A stretch of DNA of 64,000 nt from Endomicrobiales bacterium. GTDB lineage: Bacteria > Elusimicrobiota > Endomicrobiia > Endomicrobiales > CAWCFT01. Positions 31,083 through 43,600 of the stretch are shown one piece after another. The stretch is from positions 1 through 64,000 of the forward strand of contig CAWCFT010000001.1 of assembly GCA_963794945.1 (NCBI GenBank). The letters run 5' to 3'. Made by a program: the position numbers and the translations under genes. How positions within the stretch are numbered: the first letter of the stretch is position 1; the number at the start of each line of letters is the position of its first letter. Below the pieces are notes generated by a model. That model was not told where the DNA came from. It saw nothing but the letters and a program-made list of their open reading frames with translations, and did no database searches.

Positions 31083-31214
31083 AGCTTTCTCCTATGCGTT
31101 CAATATCTTCCAGGAATACACGTATATTTTATTTTTTCAAACTTTAAAAGAACATTGCCGGATTCTCAAATTGACTGACCAATACACTACCACTACATTT
31201 TAGAATTAATTCGA

Positions 31215-31517
31215 CTAGGGCTTTTTGATATCCAGCTTATCAAGGCCGATGATCTTAACGCCGAAATATACGACTGACGCTACTATTATAAAATCTATCG
31301 CCGTGCTGGCGAAATCTCCCCACTTAAGCTGTATCGGGCCTACCTGCAGCACGGCCTCCTTTAAACCCGATGCGGCGCCTAGAACGATACCCACAAGCGG
31401 ATTGATTATGTCATTTACAAGAGCTGTGACAACTTTAGCGACAGCTCCGCCGAGGATAAACCCCACGGCGAGGCCCACCACGCCCTGCACCCTGATGAAT
31501 TCTATAAAACCTTTCAT
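31215..31517 (-). CDS. mscL: Large-conductance mechanosensitive channel (short form)
   Basis: FIEFIRVQGVVGLAVGFILGGA..VVTALVNDIINP, WGDF..AIDFII. Confidence 0.88.
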   Translation of the reverse strand: MKGFIEFIRVQGVVGLAVGFILGGAVAKVVTALVNDIINPLVGIVLGAASGLKEAVLQVGPIQLKWGDFASTAIDFIIVASVVYFGVKIIGLDKLDIKKP

Positions 31518-31542
31518 TGATATCTCCTTTATTTTATATCGG

Positions 31543-32319
31543 TCAGAACAGGTCGTACGAAAGCCCGATGCTTACCGTGAACCTTGTTTCTATATCATTG
31601 GGCCAAACAGGCTTAGGGATCCTTTGTGAATCATATATTTCCAGATAGTTAAGCTGGATCGTGACATACTTTGAGACCTTCACAAAAAGGCTGTTATCCC
31701 AGCGCAGGTCTCCGCCGCCTTTGAACGCCGTGAAGGTCCTTGCCTCTGAAACGAACTTTGTGTTCGAAGAAAGCAGCACATCGTAGTTTACGACGCACTC
31801 TGCGCCGGTCTGCCGATAGGCTTCTGTGGTGGAGCTGAATATCTGTTTGTAGGCGAAACCTGTCCTAACGTTGAGGTGGTGGGTATCCCTCCTCAACAAT
31901 GCCCAACCTATACCTGCGGACTCGACGTAAGTGACGGGGTCGAGGAACGTATTGTTCACCGTTGTAACAGCCAGCCCGACATAGGGATTCAAAAGGCGGG
32001 TCCAATCGTAGCTGAACACGCTGGTAAAATCTATCAGGTCGAGGCTTATCTGTTCCGGCGTACCGGTAACTTCCGATTTGCCATACCCCTCTTTAAGAAC
32101 GCTGAGCCATTTGGTGTCCGTATAATCTTTCTCGGCTGAAGCGTCAAGGCTTACCCCCCAGCTTTTCGAGTCCTTTTCCTGCCCGGACCAGTTATCCGAT
32201 ACGCCCGTCTGGTTATAAACCGCGCCGAAAATGCCTTTGAGTTTGAGGTCCTGGCTTACAGCCATAAGAGGGGAATACGATATAATACTGGCGGTCAAAA
32301 GAATTATGATCTTTTTCAT
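31543..32319 (-). CDS. Outer-membrane beta-barrel (DUF3078-like)
   Basis: Signal peptide, NQTGVSDNWSG, C-terminal GLSYDLF. Confidence 0.65.
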   Translation of the reverse strand: MKKIIILLTASIISYSPLMAVSQDLKLKGIFGAVYNQTGVSDNWSGQEKDSKSWGVSLDASAEKDYTDTKWLSVLKEGYGKSEVTGTPEQISLDLIDFTSVFSYDWTRLLNPYVGLAVTTVNNTFLDPVTYVESAGIGWALLRRDTHHLNVRTGFAYKQIFSSTTEAYRQTGAECVVNYDVLLSSNTKFVSEARTFTAFKGGGDLRWDNSLFVKVSKYVTIQLNYLEIYDSQRIPKPVWPNDIETRFTVSIGLSYDLF

Positions 32320-32484
32320 GATCTGGGCCCGTCCGGCATGACACGCGGCTGCGCAAAAAGTCTTTGTTCTTACGAATACTTATCCACTTCATATTATACC
32401 TTCTTGCCATCTTTTAACACTGACCCCAATCCCATTTTTACTACTCAAAATACAGGTCGCGGAAACCGCCCCAATAAACTTGCT

Positions 32485-32530
32485 AAAAATAAAAAACCGC
32501 ACCGGGCACAAACCCAATGCGGTATTTCTT
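32485..32530 (-). terminator. rpoD terminator
   Basis: ACCGCA..GGG/CCC..TGCGGT hairpin followed by a T-run on the minus strand. Confidence 0.6.
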
Positions 32531-32563
32531 TTACGAGGCTATTAGACTTATCTATCTATGTAT

Positions 32564-34291
32564 CTATTCCAGGTATTCCTTTAGTGTTTTGCTTCTTGAG
32601 GGGTGGCGCAGCTTCCTTACTGCTTTCGCTTCTATCTGCCTGACCCTTTCCCTTGTTACGCCGAATATCTTGCCCACTTCTTCAAGCGTTCTTGGATAAC
32701 CCACGCCTATGCCGTAGCGAAGCCTTATGATATCGGCTTCCCTGGGCGTCAATGTGCAGAGCACTTTTTCTATCTCGAGCTGAAGCCTGTACTGCTGGCT
32801 TTTTTGCACGGGGTTCGGGTTGTTATGATCTTCTATGAAATCCTCAAGGCGTGAATCTTCTTCTTCACCAATAGGCGTCGCGAGCGATACCGGCTCCTGC
32901 ATCATCTTGAGGACCCTTCTGACCCTGTCCGAAGAGAGCCTTAGGAATTTGCAGTATTCTTCAATGTTCGGTTCGCGGCCGTGCTCCTGCTGGTATTTCT
33001 TTTTTATTTTTGTGAGCTTGGATATCAGCTCTTTCATGTGCACGGGGATACGGATTGTCCTCGCCTGGTCGGCTATGGCGCGGTTGATCGACTGCCTTAT
33101 CCACCAGGTGGCGTAAGTGGAGAACTTAAAACCTCTTTTCCATTCGAATTTCTCTACGGCCTTTGAAAGGCCGAGGTTCCCTTCCTGTATCAGGTCGGAA
33201 AGTTCCAGGTTGCTCATACCGACGTGCTTTTTTGCTATCGATACCACAAGCCTGAAGTTCGCTTCGATGAGCTTCATCTTGTCGCGGTGGATGACCTCTT
33301 CGAGCTCCCGTATTTTCTTGTCGGTCTCGATGAGTTTTTCCCTGGTTATCGAGAATCCTTCCTCGAGGTTGAACTGCCGGTTTATAATGACCTCAAGGTT
33401 GACTACCAGCGCTTCGATCCCTGACGGAGTAAACCCCGTCTGCTTCTTGAATTCCTGGGCAGTCATTTTCCGGGCTTTCATCAATTTGTATAGATGGAGC
33501 AGTTTAGTGTACGGCATTTTGAGCCTGCGCTCGTAACGCTGTATCTCTTCCCCGATCTCGGTGAGTTTCTGGGCGGTTGTTTTGATCTTGTTGATGAGCC
33601 TCTTTATCTTGTCCTGGTTTAAGTTCAAACCCACAATAAGATTGATTATTTTTAAGCGCAGGCTCTCAACTATACCGGCAAGCTTTTCTTTTTTTACGTC
33701 GGTGAGTTTTCTTGAACGAAGTTTCTCTTCGGACTGCTTTATCTTTTTCTCAAGGCCTGTTATCTGGCGCACTGTCGTGCGTATCTTAAGCCTCATGCCG
33801 CGCAGCTGGGCCGTGGACTTGCGCCCCCTGGGCATGAGCTCCTTGGGGGTCATCTCCTGCTGGCTTATGAGAGTCTCCCAGTTGCGTATCTCCTTGATGA
33901 TCAGAGGAGATTCAAGCACAATATGTTTGAGTTTCTTTTCATTTTCGCGGATGCTTCTGGCAAGGTTGACTTCGGTGGCCCTGTCCAGCAGGGAAACCTT
34001 GGCCATCTCGCTAAGATACATCCTGACGGGATTTATGACATCGTCCTCACCGGATGATTTTATATGGGCCTCTTCCGCATGTTCACGTATTTCGTGGCTT
34101 TTACCGGCAAAATCTTTTTCCTGTTCCACGACCGAAATACCCATTTCGTCCAGCACGCCGAAAAATGAGTCTATTTCCTCAGCCGCTATCACCGCCCTCG
34201 GTATACCCTTGTTGATCTCGTCGTAGGTAAGGTAACCGTGCTCTTTCCCCATCTCGATCAAATCTTTAAACACATTGTTGTTAATTGGCAT
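32564..34291 (-). CDS. rpoD: Primary sigma factor
   Basis: Region 1.1 [39 protein letters not shown] and [25 protein letters not shown] overlap with dnaG. Confidence 0.96.
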   Translation of the reverse strand: MPINNNVFKDLIEMGKEHGYLTYDEINKGIPRAVIAAEEIDSFFGVLDEMGISVVEQEKDFAGKSHEIREHAEEAHIKSSGEDDVINPVRMYLSEMAKVSLLDRATEVNLARSIRENEKKLKHIVLESPLIIKEIRNWETLISQQEMTPKELMPRGRKSTAQLRGMRLKIRTTVRQITGLEKKIKQSEEKLRSRKLTDVKKEKLAGIVESLRLKIINLIVGLNLNQDKIKRLINKIKTTAQKLTEIGEEIQRYERRLKMPYTKLLHLYKLMKARKMTAQEFKKQTGFTPSGIEALVVNLEVIINRQFNLEEGFSITREKLIETDKKIRELEEVIHRDKMKLIEANFRLVVSIAKKHVGMSNLELSDLIQEGNLGLSKAVEKFEWKRGFKFSTYATWWIRQSINRAIADQARTIRIPVHMKELISKLTKIKKKYQQEHGREPNIEEYCKFLRLSSDRVRRVLKMMQEPVSLATPIGEEEDSRLEDFIEDHNNPNPVQKSQQYRLQLEIEKVLCTLTPREADIIRLRYGIGVGYPRTLEEVGKIFGVTRERVRQIEAKAVRKLRHPSRSKTLKEYLE

Positions 34292-36030
34292 TAGGATTTC
34301 CCCGACCCTTTTAGTTGAACGTTCAGATCGTTCCATTTTTGTCTTTTAAGTTCGTCCATAGGTATCTCGCCGGATAGCATTTTGTTGACTTCGCTTTCCA
34401 GCTTCCTGCGCTGTATCTCCAGCTCAGCTTTTTTTATGTCATTTACAAAGTTTCCCAGAATGTGCCCGGGATTTGTATACGGTTTATCTTCCATCAAAAG
34501 TTCCGTAAGCCAGTTCGAGTCTTCTTCCGTAAAGCTTTCAGGCACTTTCCCGGGAGCCATACCCGCTGCCAAAGACTCAAACACCTTCTTGCAGCGCTCG
34601 TCTTTAAATATATCTGCTTTCACCCGGACGGCAAGTTCCGGATACGCCGGCAACCAGCTGAATGCAGCTGCTCTTCGGCCGAACGGCTGCCCGCGTTCCT
34701 GGCCTCTTTGACCTTTGTTTCCCGGGCCGGCTTCAGGCTAATGGATTTTTTCCTTCTATTCCACTCGGAAAGGAACGCTTCTTCAGTGATACCCAGCCTT
34801 TCCGAAACGTATTTTATCCACTCGCTTCTCATCACCGCGTTCTTGATCTTTTCAAGGTACGGGATTATATCCGCCGCGGCTTTGACTTTCGAGTCTGGTG
34901 TTTTAACACTGTAAACTTTTTCCAACTGCGACACCAGGAAACCTTCAGCCGTCATGCTGCTTGCATTTACTAATTCAATGAACTTATCAAAACCGTTCCC
35001 GATAAGGTATTCGTCGGGGTCAACGCCGTCCGGCATGGCCGCGACCAATATGGCGAGCTCGGTCTCAAGCAAAGTGTCGATAGCCCTTTTCGCTGCATTC
35101 TCGCCGGCGCTATCAGAGTCAAACATCAGTATTACCTTATCAGAATATCTTTTTAGCAATTGCGACTGCTGCTGCGTCAAAGCCGTTCCGGAAGTCGCCA
35201 CGGTGTTCGTTGCCCCGAACTGATGAGAAACCACGACATCCATGTAGCCTTCAAGCACCATCACTTCGGCTTTTTTACGCAGCGTCGGCATGGCCTGAAA
35301 GAGCCCGTAAAGCTGAGCTGATTTGGAGTACACCGCCGAGTCGGGGCTATTGAGGTACTTCGGCTGGTCGTCTTTAAGCGTCCTGCCTCCGAACGCGACC
35401 ACCCTTCCCTGCGTGTCAAATATAGGAAAGACCAGCCTGTCCGACATGTATTCAAAGAACCTGCCGCGTTCGGTCTTTGTTATAAGCCCGGCGGCGGTGA
35501 GCTGTTCCGTCGAAATACCTTTCTTCGTGGTTTTTTCAATGAGCTTGCCCTGAGGGGCAAAACCTATTTTGAATTTCTCTATGCTTTCTTTGCTTACGCC
35601 GCGCTTCGCCAGGTATTTTCTAGCGTGCGCCGCGTCCGGTGAATCATTGAACACCCTGTGGTAAAAATCAGCGGTTTGTTCAAGTATATCGTATATGCCC
35701 TGTTTTTCCGAACGTTTTATTATGTTCTGTGAATGTCTCTTTGATCTCTATGCCGGCCCTGGCTGCGAGTTTTCGCACAGCTTCCGGCCAGGCGCTGGAA
35801 TCCATCATCATAACGAACTTGAACGCGTCCCCGCCTTCGTGGCAGCCAAAACAGTGGAATATGCCTTTCTCGGCGCTTACCATGAACGACGGCGTTTTTT
35901 CATTATGGAACGGGCAGTTGGCTTTCCAGTTCCGCCCAGACCGTTTAAGGCCTGGAACATATTCCTTCACAAGCTCAACTATATCTGTCGACAAACGTAT
36001 CTTGTCTATGGTCTCAACTGGGATTGTCAT
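34291..36030 (-). CDS. dnaG: DNA primase (two indels)
   Basis: [11 protein letters not shown] zinc ribbon, FGGR..PKYLNSP, TOPRIM EGYMDV and FDSDSAG. Confidence 0.95.
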
Positions 36031-36096
36031 GGTTCTCTGATTAGCGGCAGAAGAGTTTTGCGGTCAGCGCGGGATGATTCTTCTATCGCCGTGAAT

Positions 36097-37061
36097 CTAG
36101 TTCTTTCTGCGGAAACGGCGAAAACCCGAGCATTCTATAAAATCAATGGGGCCGAATTTTTTTTCTGCCGCGTCAAAAAGCAGGTTTAACCCAAGGTTGT
36201 CAGACGAAATATGGCCAGCTATCACAACGCGTATGTGAAACTTCTCCGCGTCTTTGTAGTGGTCCTCGCTCATGTGCATGCCGACTATTGTGCCCACGCC
36301 GGAATCGGCGAGGTGTTCCAGTATCTCTTTCGGCCCCTCGGTCCCGCCCGTCATGTCTACAAATACTTTGCCGGCGCTGTTCTCGTCCGATCCGGAAAAA
36401 ATGACCGGCCCCGCTCCGGAACGCGCTGCTTCCTGATATTCCGGAAGCCCTTTAAGTATTTTCATCACATCTTCAATGCGTTTAGGTTTCTGGCTGTCAA
36501 ACATGTCTTGAAGAAAGCTCGCTACCTGGTTATCAGCCACCGTGTGAGCGGACATGAAAGGAAAACCAAGAAGCCTTGCCGCGTCCGAGGCCCTGTTGTG
36601 GTTCTGGGGCATCACACTTCTTCCGACCTGCTTCATCCTTTTCTCGGTAAGCGACTCTGATATATTTATAGGCACGCCGTATTTAGTGAAAATATCAGAA
36701 CTGCATGTTCATCACGTTATAGAACGTCGCGTAAGCCTTGCCTTCCGGGTGATGCGTGAGAACAAGGTCTATCTTCTTTCCCGAAGACTTCAAGTTGGAG
36801 GCCAGCAGCAGTTTCCGGCGTTTCCATGTCTATCCCGGTAATGACGGTCTTTATTTCCTCGTCGCCGGAACCATTGAGTATTCGCGAATCGAGATAGGGG
36901 TTAGTAAGCCTGTCGCGGTCGTAATCTTTCTTCTCTTCGTCCGAGAGTTTTTCAAACTTTTTCTTTTCTTCCGTAAGCAGCCCGTTGACGGCTTCAATGC
37001 CTCGCGGGTCTTTACTGATACCCTGCTCAACGAAAAATTCGAACAATTCCCTGAGCTTCAT
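36097..37061 (-). CDS. Nif3/NGG1-interacting-factor-like dinuclear metal protein (indels)
   Basis: NPYLDSRIL, GIDMETPE, HTVADN and AGHISSDNLG. Confidence 0.75.
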
Positions 37062-37182
37062 TTACCCTCTCACCATGAAAAAGAGACAGTGCAGTGCCTT
37101 GCGGCAAGGCCGCATGACACTACACTAAAAGAGAACAGTGGTTCCCTTACCCTTTTAAACGTAATATTATCGTCGGTCAAAA

Positions 37183-37389
37183 TTAACGAGCCCATCTGCT
37201 ATCCTTCATCATTCTGCGGCGTATCTTCCGTTTTGCTTCGGCAAGTTTTTCCTTGCGCACAACGCTGGGAGCTCTGTAATATTCTCTCTTCTTTATCTCC
37301 TGCATAATGCCATTGCGTTCGCATTCGCGTTTGAACCGCCTGATAGCTTCTTCGATGGATTCGCCTTCACGAACCCTTACATTAACCAT
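37183..37389 (-). CDS. rpsU: 30S ribosomal protein S21
   Basis: VRVREGESIEEAIRRFKR..GIMQEIKKREYY. Confidence 0.95.
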   Translation of the reverse strand: MVNVRVREGESIEEAIRRFKRECERNGIMQEIKKREYYRAPSVVRKEKLAEAKRKIRRRMMKDSRWAR

Positions 37390-37437
37390 TTGTAAAAACA
37401 CCACCTTTCTTATATATTAAATTTCTTGTTTCCAATT

Positions 37438-37779
37438 TTATCCCGGAGGCCACTTGAATTTACGGCCTCCAAGCAGGTGATAATGTATGTGCGCCACCGC
37501 CTGCCCGGCGTTCTTCCCGCAATTCAACACCAGCCTGTACCCGTCTTCGCTGATATTTTCCGTTTTCGCGAGTTCTTTAGCCACATACTGGATCTGTCCG
37601 ATCAGCGCCGCGTCCTGCACCGTAACATCGTTGAGGCCTGGAATATGCTTTTTTGTAATGATCAGAATGTGTACCGGCGCCTGAGGGGCGATATCCCTGA
37701 ACGCAACGATATCTTTATTTTCAAAAACTATTTGCGCCGGTATCTCTTTGCCGGCGATCTTACAAAAAAGGCAATCCAC
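37438..37779 (-). CDS. HIT family nucleotide-binding protein
   Basis: DCLFCKI, AFRDIAPQAPVH and GQAVAHIHYH; GTG start. Confidence 0.93.
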   Translation of the reverse strand: MDCLFCKIAGKEIPAQIVFENKDIVAFRDIAPQAPVHILIITKKHIPGLNDVTVQDAALIGQIQYVAKELAKTENISEDGYRLVLNCGKNAGQAVAHIHYHLLGGRKFKWPPG

Positions 37780-38082
37780 TATTATCTCCCGGCCGGCCAT
37801 AAATATGCGCTATGAGCCAAGGCAGAAATAATTCCCCATCATGCACAGGACTGCGTTAAAAATCCTATACGAAAATACAGAAATACGTCCGAGCATTTCA
37901 AAGAACGGACGTTTTCTATGAAAATCTAAAATTCCTGTGGATTAATTATATCAGAATCGGTTTTGAAAAGCAAGTGTTTTAGCTGTTAATCCTTAGTTGA
38001 CTTGAAATTAATATGACAATACCAGCCATTTATTATAAAGTATCTTAATAATAATTATTAAGGCTGCATAACATTTTAAACA

Positions 38083-40657
38083 CTATTGAAATAATTTTTC
38101 CGCTAGTGATCCGCAAGCCGCTTTGAGTTCAACCGCGTTCTTTGCTTTTATGTCAGCGGATTTCAATATCTGGCCGGTTTCAACGTCTATCAAGTTCGCG
38201 GTTATAAAATAGGTATCCTCAAGTTTTGAAAGGCTGCCTACTACCATACGGTTTACATTAAGTATTTTCCCAAGTTTTACGGCGCAGTCTGATTCCGTGC
38301 ATCCGGTTTGCTGGAAACGCGGCCTCAGCGAGGATTTTATCCATGCTTGATTTTTCAACTACTGTCACCTTGCCCAACTTCACGATCTCAGTCCTAAGGA
38401 AATCAGATACAATTGAAGCGTTTGCCGGAGAGGTATTCTTGGCCGCAAAATCAGACACGGCGATATTCTGTTTATTTTCCTTTACTAACACCTGTTGTGT
38501 TTTCTGCGGGCGGATCTCAGTTCCGTCAGGCGAGACAAGGATGAATTCAACCCTGCGGTTTAAGCGGCGGCCTTCTTCTTTGTCATTTGTCGCTATCGGC
38601 ATCCTGCCGCCAAACCCCTGGGCCGTGATCTTGTCAGCGGAAATTCCCTTATTTATCAGGTAGTCCCTTACGCTGTCCGCCCGGTTTTGCGAAAGGTCAA
38701 AGTTATGCATGGCATCGCCCACATTATCAGTATGGCCTTCCACGTGTAAAGAATAACCATGGTTCCTTTTTATGGTTTGGGCTACCCTGTTGAGTACCGG
38801 CTTGTCCTCAGCACTAAGGTTGTATTTGTCCGTATCGAAGTTTATAAGGCTTGCCTCGGCCTGCAGCAGTTTAACGCTTGCGGCCAGCTGGGTCAGAGTT
38901 ACGCCGTCAGCGCGGTTAGACGCCGGGCCTTCGCCGTTTTGATTAACTACCTTTATAATGCGGCTGTATGTAGTACTTTCTTCAAGCGATTGTTCGAGCC
39001 AGGAACTTGTGTTTGCCTGAAGTTCCGCGAGCAGCCTGTTATCCTTGAAATCATATATACGGTAAGATGTTACGTATTTAGCATCCTGCCATTCCCACTT
39101 TATGGACGAAGTTGACACTCCAACCCCTGAAAACAATATGGGCTGATTTACGATCATAACGCAGTCCGCGCGGTTTGATGCCGGGCCTTCGCCGTCACGC
39201 GTAACAACTTTTACAATACGGCTGTATGAAATATTTTCCTGCAGGGATGATTCCAGCCAGAAACTCGTGCTTGGCTGAAGTTCCGCAAGCATCCTGTTAT
39301 CCTTGAAATCGTAGATGCGGTAAGATACCGCGTCTTTGACTACCGGCCATTGCCACATAATTGATGAGGTTGAAACAATTGTTCCTGAAAGCTGAACCAC
39401 AGGGAAGACCGGTAAAGGCATTGTCCTGCCTTTTGCCGTATTGGAATACCCCGAAACAGCGCCGTTTTTGCCAACTGCCCGGGCTTTGAACCAGTAATCC
39501 GTGTCCGGAGAAAGCCCGCTTATTACCGTTGATGTTTTGGTTAAATTATAGCTTTGGGAAACAGCTACAGCGGTATCGTTAAAGGTCTCGTACTTTGATT
39601 GTATAATCTCATACCGCGTATTACCGGGGTTTCCATGGGCGTCCCAGGCAAGCGTAGCCGTAGTTCTGCCTGTTTCCTTAACCGTAAGGTTCAGAGGTTC
39701 GCGCGCTTTGCTGACAAATGGCCCTAGGAATAACGTAAGCGTTATGCGCTGGGTATCTCCAAGAACATTGAAAGGCGCATAGGCATAATCAAAACGCATG
39801 TTCGCGTACGCTATGCCGAGGCCCGTTGTGAACCCATCAGTGTCATAATCAGCGCGATAACCGGCCCTAACGAATAATTGTTCTTTGTATGCATATTCCA
39901 GGCCTCCGCGGAAATGCGCGTTATCGTCAATGGGCTCGACACCGTCAACGGCCGCAAGCAGTGTTGACGGGCCAAAAGTGAACTTGTGAGAAACACCCAG
40001 GTCGAATTCCTGAGCCAGTTGTTCGTCTATCTGTTCAATTTTGTAAAGGCTGCCGAAATTACGTCCGGCCATGCCGACAACCGTATTTTTATCCAAATAG
40101 AAGCTCAAACCAGCGTCGCCGGCGCACCCTTGCGCCATATCCTGGTCTATGGCCAGGCGCATTGTTTTAAACGCCACGCCAGCGAGCAAGTCTTTGTGGA
40201 AAACTGAGTATTTTCTTGCGTAAGCCAGCGAAAGGTTCATGTCGGAGGCGCCGAATGTGCCGTCTTCAATGGGCAATCCGTACGGATCCTGTCCTGTTAC
40301 CCTTATCATCGGCCCGTAATCAAGATAGGTATAGCTTAACCCTAACCCCGCGCACTTGCCAATGGGCATCGCTATATCAATGTTGCCGTATTTGGTATCA
40401 GCGAACCAGTTGGCATATGTCGCGCTGACCTGCTCGTTTGGCATTACAGCTATTCCTGAAGGGTTCCAATCAATGCTTGCCGCTTCACCGGGGACTGCTG
40501 TATAAGCTCCACCGAAACCGCTGGCGCGCGCTGAGGGCCCTATAAGCAGAAATGCTCCTGCACGGGTTCCGGCATCCGGGTTTATTGCCGCGCCTGACGG
40601 GATTGTTAAGCTCATTAATAATAGTACAATGATGAAAAGCGACGTTTTATTTCTCAT
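38083..40657 (-). CDS. PorV/PorQ-like beta-barrel + 3 FN3-like + OmpA C-domain + CsgG-like domain fusion (frameshift near 38320)
   Basis: FLLIGPSARASGFGGAYTA..WNPSG; FDYAYAPFNVLG; INFDTDK..VEGHTDNVG..LSQNRADSV..NRRVEF; IAVSDF..GCTESDCAVKLGKIL..IDVETG. Confidence 0.82.
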
Positions 40658-43600
40658 TTTATTATTGCCAATTTCTGCAAGGTCTGGTTTGAGCCTAGTT
40701 TATAACGCACTATGTAAACGCCTTTTGCTATTTTGTTGTTGCTGCCTACTACCTCTCCATCAGAGGCGTCATATTCTCCGTTGCCGCCGTTCCACATAAA
40801 CTGGTGGCGCCCTTGAGTCCGCTCGCTGTTAACCAGGACTGCCACCTTTTCGCCCGCTATGTCGTAAATGTCTATAATGACCGGGCCGGCAAACGACATA
40901 TCGTAAACGAAAGTGGCATTGCCCTTAAGCGGGTTAAAGGGATTAGGCGACGGAACATAAGACTTTTGTTCAGTTACAGTGAAGATGTCGAGCAGCATAC
41001 CTCTTTGGGTCATAGTATTTAGTGTACCTGCCGCTGCCGTCCACGTCTATTCCCCAGTCAAGTGTGCCGTCGCCGCTATAATCGAACAACTTGATCGGCG
41101 TTATCAGCCCGCTGTTGGGGTTTACAAATTTATCCGGAATTCCTTTGCCTTTTGTGTCAATAAGGAACTCATTTTTTCCGTCCGTCAGGGCTGCCACGCT
41201 TACGACTGAATTGGTCTGGCCTGTCGAGTCGACATAGACATTGTAACCACCGGAGCCGCCGTTGAAATTAAGGAAGGTTCCCGGTACTGTGGGAACGCCG
41301 GTCACGGCTAAAGAATGCACAACAACCCCAGTCGCAGGGTTGAAATAGCTGTCAGGTATACCATCATTGTTTGAATCAAATATATAATCCATCACACCGT
41401 TTCCAAGCACATCTTTTGCTATAAGCTTGTATGCGAAATTGATGTCCGGGTCCCAGTAATATGTAGGGGTGTAGTTTCCCTGGGTAGAAATCAGGAAATC
41501 TGTCCTGCCGTTGCCTTCACCGTCAATCCTGTAAACCATTGTTGAACCGGCGGCAACGTAGTCGGAATAACCCTTTGATGGATTTAAGCTATCTGTGTAA
41601 GCGTAAGAAAGAACACCGTTGCCCGTAAGATTAATAACTTTGTAGGATTGCGAGGTAAAGAAATATTCAAGCATCGCAAAGTTTGAAGGGATAAGATTCT
41701 GGTTAAAAGCGCGCACTCTGAACCAGTAAGAAGTGTTTCCAGTCAGGTTCGAGATGATCGCGGAGACCGCCCCCGTAGAGGCCGAGACAGATACTGGTGT
41801 TGATATGGAAAGCACGAAGTTATCAGTAGAAATTGAAACCTCATAATGCGTGTAGCCGGGGTTGCCGTTGGCGTTCCACGAGAAGTTAGCGCTGGTTAAT
41901 GCCGCGGTGTTTGCCGCAAGCGATGTCGGCACGGCAGCTGGAGTCAATATTCCAGCCGGGACAAGGTTAGTATAAGTTGGCACGCCTGCGCCGTTTATCG
42001 CGGCCACACGGCCATAATAAGTTGTATTAGGCATAAGCCCTGCCGCAAGGCCACCATCCGCGGAGCGGACAGTCGCGCTTGAATATATCGTGCCTGAAAA
42101 ATCCTGCGCCGTAGAGACTTGGACAGCGTATATTGTATAGGCATGGTTACTGCTTGTGTCGGACCACACAATATAAATAGACGTGGCCGTTGTTGTACTC
42201 CAGATAATATTATTTGGAGTATCCGCAAGGGTTACACCTAAAACAGTATTCGACATGCTACCAGGCTGCCCGGAACTCTGGAAAGAGCGCACCTTGAACC
42301 AATAAGTCGTGTCCGGCATGAGGCCTGTAATTCCTGTAGTAACTGCCGTTAACCCTTGCGCGAAAACAACAGGGGTTGAAAACGCAAGGATAAAATTATC
42401 AGTCGAAACATACACCTCATAAATCGTGCCTGTTGGATTATTGTTAGCATTCCAACTAATAACGGCGGATGTCAGCGTTACACTGCTTACAGAAAGGTTT
42501 GAGGGAGCCGTTGAAAGTGTTCCTGTTGTTCCAAGTATTACCCAGGATGTATCCACGCCGGCATAGTTTGTCGCTTTAACCTGATATGAGTATGTTGTGT
42601 TCGGAGTTAACGAGCCTTGAACCCACGAAGTCAGATAAGTCGTTGAAGATGCCAGAGTGGTTAAATTTTCAACTGTGTAAAGCGTTCCCAAAGGATTGCC
42701 GTTTGCAAGCCATGAAACGGTTATGCTATTGGCAGAAACCGAATATGGCGACGCGACCGGAATATTCGCCAGCGTGATCGACGTAACCACGGCGCTAAAC
42801 GCTGTTCGTATTTGCTGCGAGTTTATAGCCGCTATACCAATTGTAAAAGTTGTGTTTGGCGTCAGGCTATTTAGCCACACAGACGATGACCAGGTTGTTG
42901 TGGAGGCAAAAACAGGTACCGCGCTGAAGCTGCCGGTTGTAGTAATGTAAGAAAACCAGCCTGAAGAAGCGATATTCACGGCATAATTAGTCCAATAAGG
43001 ATCCGCTCCGGAATTTATGGAAACAGATATACTTGATATAGCGACAGAATTTAAGTTTGGCGCGGGCGGCACGGCGGCTAGGGTTGCCGTGGGATTAAAC
43101 ACTGCCCAGGAAGTATCTATGCCTGACCCGTTGGTCGCTTTTACCTGGTATGTATAAGTAGTATTTGGTGTCAGGGCACTGTTTAGCCATGATGTCAAAT
43201 ATGTTACTGAAGACACATTCAAGGTGACATTCTGTACGGTGTAATATGTGTTCTGCGTGTTCCCTGACATTGTCCAGGATACGAGCACTGTATTTGTGGT
43301 TACAACCAGAGCGATAGGCATGGGTACTGCCGACAGCGTCACAGTTGACGCGACATTTGAGAACGCTGTAGGCGTTGCGGCATCATTGGACATAAAGGCC
43401 CGGACACGGGCGTAATAGGTTGTATTCGCAACAAGGTTATATATCGTTGTATTTGTCGATGTGAACGATGATGTAAGCGCCACAGGTGTCGAGAAGTTCA
43501 ATTCAAAACCATCAGTGGAAATGGACAGTTCATAGCGCGTGTTGACTGGATCTCCGTCAGCGTTCCATGAGAGTGTCCCCGTTGAAGACAACACGCTATT

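Noticed and set aside
31215..31517. Short MscL as a truncation
   Set aside because: It has a clean start and stop, and MscL lacking the C-terminal helix is a known variant.
34291..36030. Programmed frameshifting or pseudogenisation of dnaG, dnaK, leuC and others
   Set aside because: Too frequent, includes essential genes, and shows no consistent slippery motif. Read error is simpler.
37089..37130. Hairpin after rpsU as a novel RNA
   Set aside because: It fits the ordinary attenuating terminator between rpsU and dnaG-rpoD.
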